Part shown: one piece after another, positions 29,599 through 37,800 of the stretch
Position numbering within the stretch: the first letter of the stretch is position 1
How the letters are laid out: the number at the start of each line of letters is the position of its first letter
Source: a virus
Length of the DNA stretch: 42,617 nucleotides
Virus record (IMG/VR): IMGVR_UViG_3300035400_000018
Strand: one strand, 5' to 3'
Position numbers and translations under genes: made by a program
Notes under the pieces: model-generated
Told to the model about the DNA's origin: nothing
Databases searched by the model: none
What the model saw: only the letters and a program-made list of their open reading frames with translations

Positions 29599-30537
29599 AT
29601 GGGCTGCCCTGCAAACGGCTCACGCCACTCTATGGCCCTGGTGGCCGAAACCGTTGCCGGCACCACTCCGGCAACCCCCGACTTCACCCCGATTCGCCAG
29701 ACCGGCACCACGCTGGCCCTGACGAAAGAGGCCCTGCAAAGCAACGAGCTGCGCGCCGACCGCCAGATCGCCGACATGCGCCACGGCAACAAGCAGGTGG
29801 GCGGCGACATCTCCACCGAGCTGAGCTACGGCGGGGCCTTCGACACCATGCTGGAGGCGGTTCTGTGCGGCACCTGGGAGGAAGACTCCCCCTCCGCCGG
29901 CACCGACACGCTGAAAGCGGGCGTGGTGCGCCGGCCGTTCACCATCGAGCGGCACTTTGCGGACATCGGCCAGTACCTGCGGTATCTGGGGTGTGAGTTC
30001 AACACCTGGAACCTGACCGTCTCCACCAACGCCATCGTAACCAGTTCGTTCAGCTTGGTGGGGCGCTCCATGGACGCGCCGGCCCAGGCTCCGATCACGG
30101 GCGCCACCTATCAGGACGCGAGCACCACCAGCCCGTTCGATTCGTTCTCCGGCCAGATCAACGAGGGCGGCGCCTCGATTGCGACCGTGACCGAGCTGTC
30201 CCTCACCCTGGAGAACGGTCTGTCCCCGCTGTTCGTTGTGGGCTCGGATACGGCGGAGTGCGTGAGCATCGCCCGCTCCAACCTGACCGGCTCGATCACC
30301 ACCTTCTTCGACAGCGTGGCGCTCTACGAGAAGTTCCTGAACGAGACCGAATCCAACCTGGAATTCACCCTGAGCGACGGCACCACCGCCTACACGTTCA
30401 TTCTGCCCCGCGTGAAGTACAACTCCGGCCAGCCGGACGTGAGCGGGGAGGGCGAGGTGACCGTAAGCATGGACTTCCAGGCACTCTTTGATGCCACCGA
30501 GGAAAGCCAGATCGTGATTATGCGGGGTGCTGCGTGA
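29599..30537 (+). CDS. Major tail tube protein (312 aa)
   Basis: GGAGG lies 6 nt before ATG 29599. Position before the chaperone and tape measure genes, and size. Confidence 0.7.
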   Translation: MGCPANGSRHSMALVAETVAGTTPATPDFTPIRQTGTTLALTKEALQSNELRADRQIADMRHGNKQVGGDISTELSYGGAFDTMLEAVLCGTWEEDSPSAGTDTLKAGVVRRPFTIERHFADIGQYLRYLGCEFNTWNLTVSTNAIVTSSFSLVGRSMDAPAQAPITGATYQDASTTSPFDSFSGQINEGGASIATVTELSLTLENGLSPLFVVGSDTAECVSIARSNLTGSITTFFDSVALYEKFLNETESNLEFTLSDGTTAYTFILPRVKYNSGQPDVSGEGEVTVSMDFQALFDATEESQIVIMRGAA

Positions 30538-30929
30538 TGAAGATGGAACAGTTCTTTATTCAGGATGAGGCGAACGAGGGGGTCAAGTTCCCCCTGTCGC
30601 TGCCCGACGGTACCGAAACTGATTGGTTCCTGATGGTTCGCTCGCAGTGGTCCGACGCCTTCCAGAAAGCGCTCCAAGATGCCCACCGGGAAGACTTCCA
30701 GGCAGCGGCCAAGGGCGAAGACATCGACCCCACCGAGCGTCATGTTTGCCTGTGTGCCGCTCTGGTGGCCGGCTGGAACCTGGACGAAGAATTTACCGAA
30801 GAGAACGTCAAGCTGCTGCTGCGCAAGAACGCCAAATTGCGCAAGGGCATTGATCAGCGGGCCTCGAATGACGCTCGTTTTTTCAGGAAGCCGTCCAGCG
30901 ACTCTACGACTGGGCGGAAAAAGAAATAG
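30534..30929 (+). CDS. Tail assembly chaperone, short (G-like) product (131 aa)
   Basis: Immediately upstream of the tape measure gene. Contains the slippery heptamer near its 3' end. Confidence 0.7.
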   Translation: MMKMEQFFIQDEANEGVKFPLSLPDGTETDWFLMVRSQWSDAFQKALQDAHREDFQAAAKGEDIDPTERHVCLCAALVAGWNLDEEFTEENVKLLLRKNAKLRKGIDQRASNDARFFRKPSSDSTTGRKKK

Positions 30930-31228
30930 CGGACACGATCCCGGACCCCAAGACCGGCACCAGCCGCCGGCAGCAGCTCGAGGCGGTTTACCGCCAGACC
31001 GGCAAGAAACCCAAGAGCCTGAGAACAGACCCGCCCCCGGAAGGCACCGGCTACCTGTGGGGCTGGTTCTGTGAGCTGGGCGATTGCTCCTACACCGAGA
31101 TCCACCACTGGGCCGCACTGAAGCGCATCCACCTCCTGCCCTGGGAGGTGGACGTTCTGCGGCATCTGGATCACCTGAGATCGAAGGCATGGCATGACCG
31201 AAACAGCGCGTCTCGTACTAGCCGTTGA
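30534..31228 (+). CDS. Tail assembly chaperone, frameshifted long (GT-like) product
   Basis: After the -1 shift at 30878-30884 it reads FFQEAVQRLYDWAEKEIADT...GYLWGWFCELG...LLPWEVDVLRHLD up to TGA 31226-31228, overlapping the tape measure start. Confidence 0.55.
30878..30884 (+). promoter_or_regulatory. -1 programmed ribosomal frameshift site T_TTT_TTC
   Basis: X_XXY_YYZ heptamer in phase with the chaperone frame (codons CGT TTT TTC). The -1 frame is open from 30854 to 31228 (125 codons) and contains no ATG. Confidence 0.6.
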
Positions 31229-33392
31229 CAGCCGTGAAGTCGACCGTGGCCAGCGGTCACTGGATGGCCTGACCGATAAGTCACGCCGGGCGGAGCAGGA
31301 AACTGAGCGGCTTACCCGTGCCACGGATCAGCTGAGTGGTGCCTATCGGGGCCTGCGCAACGTCCTGGCCGCCGTGGGCGCCGGCCTTGCTGTGCGTGCG
31401 GTGATCCGTGCTGCGGACACCTACTCCGAGCTGCGCTCCCAGCTGCGGCTGGTGACCGACAGCCAGGAGGAGCTGAACGACACCTACGAGGCGGCCTACA
31501 AGCTGGCCCAGGAGACCCGTGGCGGCCTCGGCGAGACCATCAACCTGTACGCCCGGCTGGCCCGCTCCAGTGAAGAGCTGGGCCTGACCAACCAGCAGCT
31601 GTTGACGGTCACCCGAGCGATTAACCAGTCGTTCGTGGTCTCCGGCGCCAGCGCGCAGGAAGCGGCCTCCGCCACCCTCCAGCTTTCCCAAGGCATGGCC
31701 TCCGGCACGCTGCGCGGCGAAGAGCTGAATTCGGTGCTGGAGAATAGCCCCCGCCTGGCGCGCGCCATTGCCGACGGCCTCGACAGGGACATCGGCCAGC
31801 TGAAGGAGCTGGGCGCCCAGGGCCAGTTGACCGGCTCAGCAGTAACCCGGGCACTCCTGTCCAGCGCGGACAGCATCAACCGCGAATTCCAGGACATGCC
31901 CCGCACCGTGGGCCAGTCACTCCAGCAGCTCCGCAATGATCTGATCGACACCTTCGGTGAGACCGACGTTTCCGGCTTCAATGACGCCATTGACGACCTG
32001 CGCGAGCTGGTCACCGACCCGAACTTTAAAGACAGCGTGGTCACCCTTGGCACAGCCTTCGCCACACTGATCGGCACCATGGCCTCTGGCGCCAGCGAAG
32101 TGGTGAACTTCACCGAATACCTTGGTGCCGAGCTGGCCTCCAAGATCAACGGTGTGGCCGCCGACGACATCCCGCGGCTTGAGCGCGAGCTCGCCGGTCT
32201 GGAGAAGCAGCTGGATGCCTCCTTCCTGGAGAAAGACATCGGGCTGGTGTTTACCAGCGACGAAGAGATCAAGCGCAAGATTGAAGAGGTGCGGGAGCGG
32301 CTTCAGGTTGCCTACGACTTGCAGCAGAGCTTTAACCAGGGGTTCGGCAACACCAATCCAGACCAGGACAGTGGCGATCCGCCCGAGCCCCTGGGCGGTG
32401 GGGGCGGTAACGACAAGGCCACCGACTCCATCCAGAAGCGCGTCGCAGCACTCCAGCTCGAAGCCGAAACCCTGGGCATGACCGCCCGCCAGGAGGAGCT
32501 TTACAAGGCGCGCAAGGAAGGCGCCACCGCCGCGCAGCTCGCCGCCATCGACGGCTCCTACCGGCAGATTGAGGCGTATGAGGCTGAGCAGAAGGCGCTG
32601 GAGGAGAAGGCGGAGTTTGAGCGAGCACTGGAGCGCGACCTCGGCGAGATTCAGGACCGCTATGCCTCTGAGCGGGAACTGTTAGCGGAAGACCTGATGC
32701 TTCGCCGGGAGACCATCCTGGAATCCTACGAGCTCGGCAAGATCGACCGCCAAGAAGCCAATGCGTTGCTCCAGGAGTCCAACCGCGAGTATTACGACGA
32801 GCTGGATTCGCTCAGAAATACGGACATTGAGCGCGAGCAGCGGGCCAGCAGAATGATTATGTCGGCAAAGATGGCGGCTGCCCAGCAGGGGGTTGCCCTC
32901 CTTCAGGTGATTGCCGGAGAAAACCAAGCCGCAGCGAACATAGTGCTGGCCATTCAAACAGGCCTGTCAGCCGCTATGGCATGGCAAAATACAGTGGTTG
33001 CCGCAACGCGGGCACAGGCAGAGCTCGGCATCCTGGGCGGCGGCCCCGCTGCCGCTGCCGCTATTATGGCTTGGGGGAAAGCGCAGGTCGGCCTGATTAT
33101 CGCAACTGGGGCGGCCAAGGGGTTTATGGGTGGCGGCGGTGGTGGTGGCAGCAGCGGGTCTCTCGGTTCATTTGGGGGCAGCCCCGAAGCCGCGCCGCCT
33201 AGCCCATTGCCGCCCGAGGATCGAAATTCCGGCGGCAGCCTCACTATTGTATTCCAGGGCGATGTCACGGGCTTCGACCAAGACGAACTTGCTGATACCC
33301 TCATGAACAAGATGGGGGACGAGATCAACAATCTCGACAGGGTGGTGATCGACCCCAAATCCAGAAACGGAAGACTGTTAAGGGGTAGATAG
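31194..33392 (+). CDS. Tape measure protein (732 aa)
   Basis: Size, long alpha-helical/coiled-coil sequence, a Gly-rich C-terminal segment, and position after the chaperone pair. Confidence 0.9.
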   Translation: MTETARLVLAVDSREVDRGQRSLDGLTDKSRRAEQETERLTRATDQLSGAYRGLRNVLAAVGAGLAVRAVIRAADTYSELRSQLRLVTDSQEELNDTYEAAYKLAQETRGGLGETINLYARLARSSEELGLTNQQLLTVTRAINQSFVVSGASAQEAASATLQLSQGMASGTLRGEELNSVLENSPRLARAIADGLDRDIGQLKELGAQGQLTGSAVTRALLSSADSINREFQDMPRTVGQSLQQLRNDLIDTFGETDVSGFNDAIDDLRELVTDPNFKDSVVTLGTAFATLIGTMASGASEVVNFTEYLGAELASKINGVAADDIPRLERELAGLEKQLDASFLEKDIGLVFTSDEEIKRKIEEVRERLQVAYDLQQSFNQGFGNTNPDQDSGDPPEPLGGGGGNDKATDSIQKRVAALQLEAETLGMTARQEELYKARKEGATAAQLAAIDGSYRQIEAYEAEQKALEEKAEFERALERDLGEIQDRYASERELLAEDLMLRRETILESYELGKIDRQEANALLQESNREYYDELDSLRNTDIEREQRASRMIMSAKMAAAQQGVALLQVIAGENQAAANIVLAIQTGLSAAMAWQNTVVAATRAQAELGILGGGPAAAAAIMAWGKAQVGLIIATGAAKGFMGGGGGGGSSGSLGSFGGSPEAAPPSPLPPEDRNSGGSLTIVFQGDVTGFDQDELADTLMNKMGDEINNLDRVVIDPKSRNGRLLRGR

Positions 33393-33812
33393 ATGCGATC
33401 GTTGGTAATAGCGACTGCGGCGGCCTTTGGGCTGGTTGGATGCGTCAATCCCGTCGATGACATGCTCAGCGGGCAATACTCAGAAACGACGGTTGTTTCT
33501 CCTGATCCGGCATTGGTCGGCACCTGGACCGGCAGCATGTCCGCGTCCCTGCTCACATTAAAGGTCAACGGGGATGGCACAGGCCTTTACTGCTATTCCT
33601 TGAATGAAAATAACGCGCTTGGGCGGCTCAAGTATGATGGGCAAAGGCTGGTATTCCAGAGCAGCACGACTGCCTCTGTCCGTGATGTCAGGCCGGACGC
33701 CATAGTGATCCGCTCAGATTACACGTTCTCAAAGGATGCGATCCTGCGCCGCGATAGCGGCCTGCTGGAGGCGTCACCCTACTGCACCAAAGCCATGCAG
33801 GAGGCTCAATGA
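33393..33812 (+). CDS. Lipoprotein (139 aa), AT-richer moron in the tail module
   Basis: Signal peptide with lipobox MRSLVIATAAAFGLVGC. Starts directly after the tape measure stop. Confidence 0.7.
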   Translation: MRSLVIATAAAFGLVGCVNPVDDMLSGQYSETTVVSPDPALVGTWTGSMSASLLTLKVNGDGTGLYCYSLNENNALGRLKYDGQRLVFQSSTTASVRDVRPDAIVIRSDYTFSKDAILRRDSGLLEASPYCTKAMQEAQ

Positions 33813-34102
33813 GCATTCATGACGACTTTCCTGGCCGCGCCGACGGCTCCGCTGGTGACAATAATTCGGCGCTGATTCTGGCCAACATGCATTTCATGCA
33901 GGCGGTTGTGGTAGAGCTGATACAAAGTGGTGTATTGGACGGAAAAATAGCTGCCAGCAATCTCGCTGATTTTGCATTGAAGGCGGAATTCTCATACAGC
34001 GGGCCGAACTGGGACTATTACCATCAGCTTGTAAGGGTGTTCGCGGGGGTCTTGAAAGAAAGCGACCGGAGCGACAACCCTCCGACCGGCCCCACCCACT
34101 AA
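33809..34102 (+). CDS. Hypothetical protein (97 aa)
   Basis: Coupled (ATGA) to the lipoprotein gene. No motif. Confidence 0.5.
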   Translation: MSIHDDFPGRADGSAGDNNSALILANMHFMQAVVVELIQSGVLDGKIAASNLADFALKAEFSYSGPNWDYYHQLVRVFAGVLKESDRSDNPPTGPTH

Positions 34103-34106
34103 CCAA

Positions 34107-34129
34107 GCCCCGCTCCGGCGGGGTTTTTT
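34107..34129 (+). terminator. Intrinsic terminator
   Basis: GCCCCGC-TCCG-GCGGGG followed by TTTTTT. Confidence 0.7.
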
Positions 34130-34306
34130 ATGGGTGCCTGACAGCCGCATCGGCTGCTGCCCCTGAGACACGCTACATTGGCCTTTCGGAGGCCCAGACA
34201 AACGAAACCCCGGCAGGGCAGCCACCCTCCGGGGTTTCTTCGTTCTACCCCTTGACCAGACCAAGGAGCGACGCATTTGGATTATAGCAAATTGCTGGAG
34301 GTTTGC

Positions 34307-34426
34307 ATGCAGATCGCCGAGAACCGGCATGCCCGGCGACTGGCCTGGGCCGTCATCGGTGTCGCCGGCCTTTGGGCATCGGCCCAGATCATCTATTCCG
34401 TGGCCGCACTGATCGCCGCCCTGTAA
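34307..34426 (+). CDS. Small membrane protein (39 aa), not in the supplied ORF track
   Basis: GGAGG lies 6 nt before ATG 34307. MQIAENRHARRLAWAVIGVAGLWASAQIIYSVAALIAAL. Followed by a weak terminator. Confidence 0.35.
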   Translation: MQIAENRHARRLAWAVIGVAGLWASAQIIYSVAALIAAL

Positions 34427-34448
34427 CAGCCGACCGCCTTGTTATTGA

Positions 34449-34469
34449 CCGCCCATGAGGCGGCTTTTT
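34449..34469 (+). terminator. Weak intrinsic terminator
   Basis: CCGCC-CATGA-GGCGG (5-bp stem) followed by CTTTTT. Confidence 0.35.
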
Positions 34470-34486
34470 CGTTTCTGGAGCCCTGA

Positions 34487-34870
34487 ATGGCAACGATCAC
34501 CTACACCGCCAAGCGCAGCGTGGCGGGCGGCCGGACTGTGGGCGAGGAATACACCTTCGAGGTGCTCATTTCCGATTGGACCCCGCGCCCCCGGCGTCAG
34601 GCGGCTAGCTCTACGTCGCTTTCCGGTCGGCGCTTCGACCGGTTGACCCGCATTGACCGGGAGTGGCGCGTTTCCACTGTCGCCGAGGACGACGAATCGA
34701 AGCTGGCCCAGCTCCAGGAATTCCTGGATTCCGTGGCCGGCGGGGAGACGTTCGAGATCGATCCGTTCGGCACGCTCTATACCTGCCAGATCGACGGTGA
34801 CCCCAGCTGGTCGCTGGTGAATAGCGTCGGCTTCTACTCGGTCAACTTCAACGTGCGTGAGTTCGTATGA
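34487..34870 (+). CDS. Putative minor tail protein (127 aa)
   Basis: Position between the tape measure region and the large host-specificity gene. ATGA coupling to the latter. Confidence 0.5.
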   Translation: MATITYTAKRSVAGGRTVGEEYTFEVLISDWTPRPRRQAASSTSLSGRRFDRLTRIDREWRVSTVAEDDESKLAQLQEFLDSVAGGETFEIDPFGTLYTCQIDGDPSWSLVNSVGFYSVNFNVREFV

Positions 34871-37800
34871 GAATCGATAACAGCGCCTTCGCCGAAGTCA
34901 ACGACAGCCAGTGGCAGGCGCCCCAGTTCGTCGTGTCCATCGACTTCGGCGACGATGACCTGTTCTACCTGACCTCCCACCCTGTCACCGGCCTGGCCGG
35001 CGAGAACGTCATCGAGGGCGTTCTGGAGAGCATCTCAGGCACCTCCCAGAAGCTGAACCCGGACAAGGCCAACTCCGAGATCGGCAGCCTGAATTTTGAG
35101 GTGCTGGACGACGGCCTGACCGCGCTGCAGGCGGACCGGCTGAGCCAGGGCAAAGGCCTGCGGGGCAAGACCGTGCGGTTCTATGTCGGCGATGAGACCC
35201 TGCCGTGGTCCAGCTACATCCTCGCCACCACCCAGATCGTGGATGAGGCCGGCTATAAGGATCTGTCCTACAGCTTCAAGTGCGCCGACGTTCAGCGGAT
35301 GCTCCGGGAGGACATCTTCAAGCCGAAAGAAACGCGGCTGAACGGCGACCTGGGCGCCGAGGATGACGAAATACAGGTCCTGAGCACCAACGGCTTTGAG
35401 CCCTATCAGTTCCCGGACATTCAGGGTGCGGTGGTGGCGGGTGAGAAGGTCGGGCTTCTGCGCATCGAGGGCGATGACGACGATTTCGAGATTGCCTCCT
35501 TCAGCAGCAAGGAGCCCGGCAAGTTCACGGGCGTGAAGCGCGGGTTGCTTGGCACTACCGCCCTGTCCCTGGAGCGCGGGCAGGGGGATCAGGAGTCCGG
35601 CCCCAAAATTACCGAGTTCGTGTTCCTGGAAATGCCGGGGCCGATGCTGGCCTATGCCGTCCTCACGGGCGCTATCTACGGGTATCCGGGCGAATACCTG
35701 CCGGATCACTGGCACCTGGGCGTGCCCGCCGAGTTCATCCGAACCAGCGATTTCGAGAACATCGGTGAGGATCTGTGGGTTCCTGCTGATCCGAACCAGG
35801 GCGTGAAAATCCGACTCGCCGGCCTGGAGGAAGAGGACGGCAAGAAGTTCCTGGAGGAGGAAGTGTTCGCGCTGATGGGCTGCTATCCGCCCATCTACTC
35901 CGACGGCCAGCTCGGGATGCGCCGGATGACCGGCGTCCACTCCACCGGCGGTTACGTCCGCCGGCTCGACGCCGACAACGTCGTGGACTACGGCGACCTC
36001 ACCCACGACATGGGCGCGGTGATCAATGAGATTTTCGTGTCCTGGAACTGGGACATTTTCGAGGAGGAATTCACCCGGCTCCACTACCTGCCGGACCTGG
36101 AATCCATCGAGATTCACGGCAAGGCTGAGCAGAAAGACCTTGAGTTCCGGGGCCTGTTCAGCGGGTGGCACAGCACCCAGACCATCGATCGGTTGGTTGC
36201 GAGTCTGCGCGACCGGTATGCGGGGCCGCCGCTGCTGCTGAATCTGACGCTGACCCCTGACCAAAACGACCTGGAGGTCGGCGACATTGTGCGGGTGGAC
36301 CTCTTCGAGGTGCAGGATTACACCGGCACCACGGACGATGGCCACCTGAACCGCAATTTCGAGATCCAGCAGATCAGCACGGATTGGCGTACCGGCAAGG
36401 TGAAGGTCAAGCTGTTCGGGTCCAGCCAGAGGGCCGGCGCCCTGCCTCCGCAGGAAACCGGCACCGCGATCCCCAATAGCTGGTACGAGCGCGGCACCGA
36501 GATCAGCCCCGAGAACTTCCCGGGCGTGGTGAGTGTGACCGGCGGCGTAACCCGCGTGGATGGGGTGCTGGACTTGGCCGGCGGCGAATCGCTGGACGAT
36601 GAGGCGACCTATTTCTGGTGTGCCGGCGACCTGAACTGCGACGACGAAGCCGAAATCCGCATTTCCGACAACGTGGCGCTGCTGGTGCGCGGCTTCCTCA
36701 CGCTCAACAACGCCAAGATCAACGGCAAGGGGCGCGGCTTTCCGGGTGGGACCGGCACCACGAGCATGGTCTCCAGCGGCGGCTATTTCTTCAACTACGG
36801 CAGCCGGTGGGATGCGGTCAACAAGGGCACGCCGGGCTTCCTCGACATCCAATCAACCCCCCAGGGTGGCCGTGGGTACCAGTATCGCGGCTTCAACGAG
36901 CCGATCATGCGCGACGTGGACGGCGTTAAGACCATGCGCAACATGGGCGCGGTCATCGGCGGCCGGGTCCAGCCTGGGCAGACCCCGCCGCCCATCTATG
37001 AGCAGGACGCCGATGGGGTGACTCTGTTCCCCGTCGATCTGCGCGGTTCCAGCGGCAGCGGCGGCGGCTCCACGCTCGCGGAATGGGATGGCGGCGGCAT
37101 CGAATACAAAAAGCCGGGCGGCGATGGCGGTGCCGGCGGCGCGGGCTTGGTGATTGTCGCACGCGGCATGAGCATCGGCGCCAACGGTTACATCGACGTG
37201 AGCGGCGCTGCTGGCAGCATCCCGCCGGGCACCTACTACAGCCCCACAACCTCGCCCCAGTTGCGGATTTGGGCGGGTTCCGGCGGCCCCGGCGGCCCCG
37301 GAGCCTGTTACATCCTGATCGACGGCAACGCCAACGCGCCGAACATCAACGAGCGCACCGCAAAGGCGAACGGCGGGGATTTGGTCTGGGCGGCGCGGCG
37401 GCTGAAGCCCTACGTCGTCTATCACTCCAGCGTCGCGACCTTCTCCAGTGACAAAGGCCCGGCGCCGCAGCAGGGCACGGCAACCACCTCGCCGGCCCCC
37501 GGCGCCATGGTGTGGGAGTCCGCGTTTTCGGTGCAGCGCCTCACGAGCTACATCGAGCCGGTGGAGGATGAGCCGGTGGTGACCCTGAACCCGCCGGTTG
37601 TGACCCTGGCCGAGGCCACTAACACCCCGCGCAGCGCCAACGCGAACCTGTCCACCATTGAGGTGGGCGTCCAGCCGCCGAGTGTGAGCAACTACGCCTA
37701 CGGCCTGGTGGAGTACCGCGAGAAGGGGCAGGCGGGCTGGTTTGAGGTCGGCCCGGCCTCGCCCGAAGCCACGTTCGTGGTGCCGAGCGACGGCCGAACC

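Noticed and set aside
33100-33200. Gly-rich runs in the tape measure protein (GGGGGGSSGSLGSFGG) and in the large tail protein (about 37030-37300), considered as possible tandem DNA repeats or a CRISPR-like array.
   Set aside because: At the nucleotide level they are not regular repeats with unique spacers. They are in-frame low-complexity coding segments typical of tail proteins. No CRISPR array, rRNA gene, transposase or reverse transcriptase was found anywhere in the window.
34464-34478. The 15-nt string CTTTTTCGTTTCTGG is shared between the weak terminator before the tail gene (34464-34478) and the tRNA terminator tail in the att repeats (88-102 and 42578-42592).
   Set aside because: It is too short: about one chance 15-mer match is expected in a window of this size. 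It is largely a T tract, and no flanking similarity supports a secondary att site or duplication.
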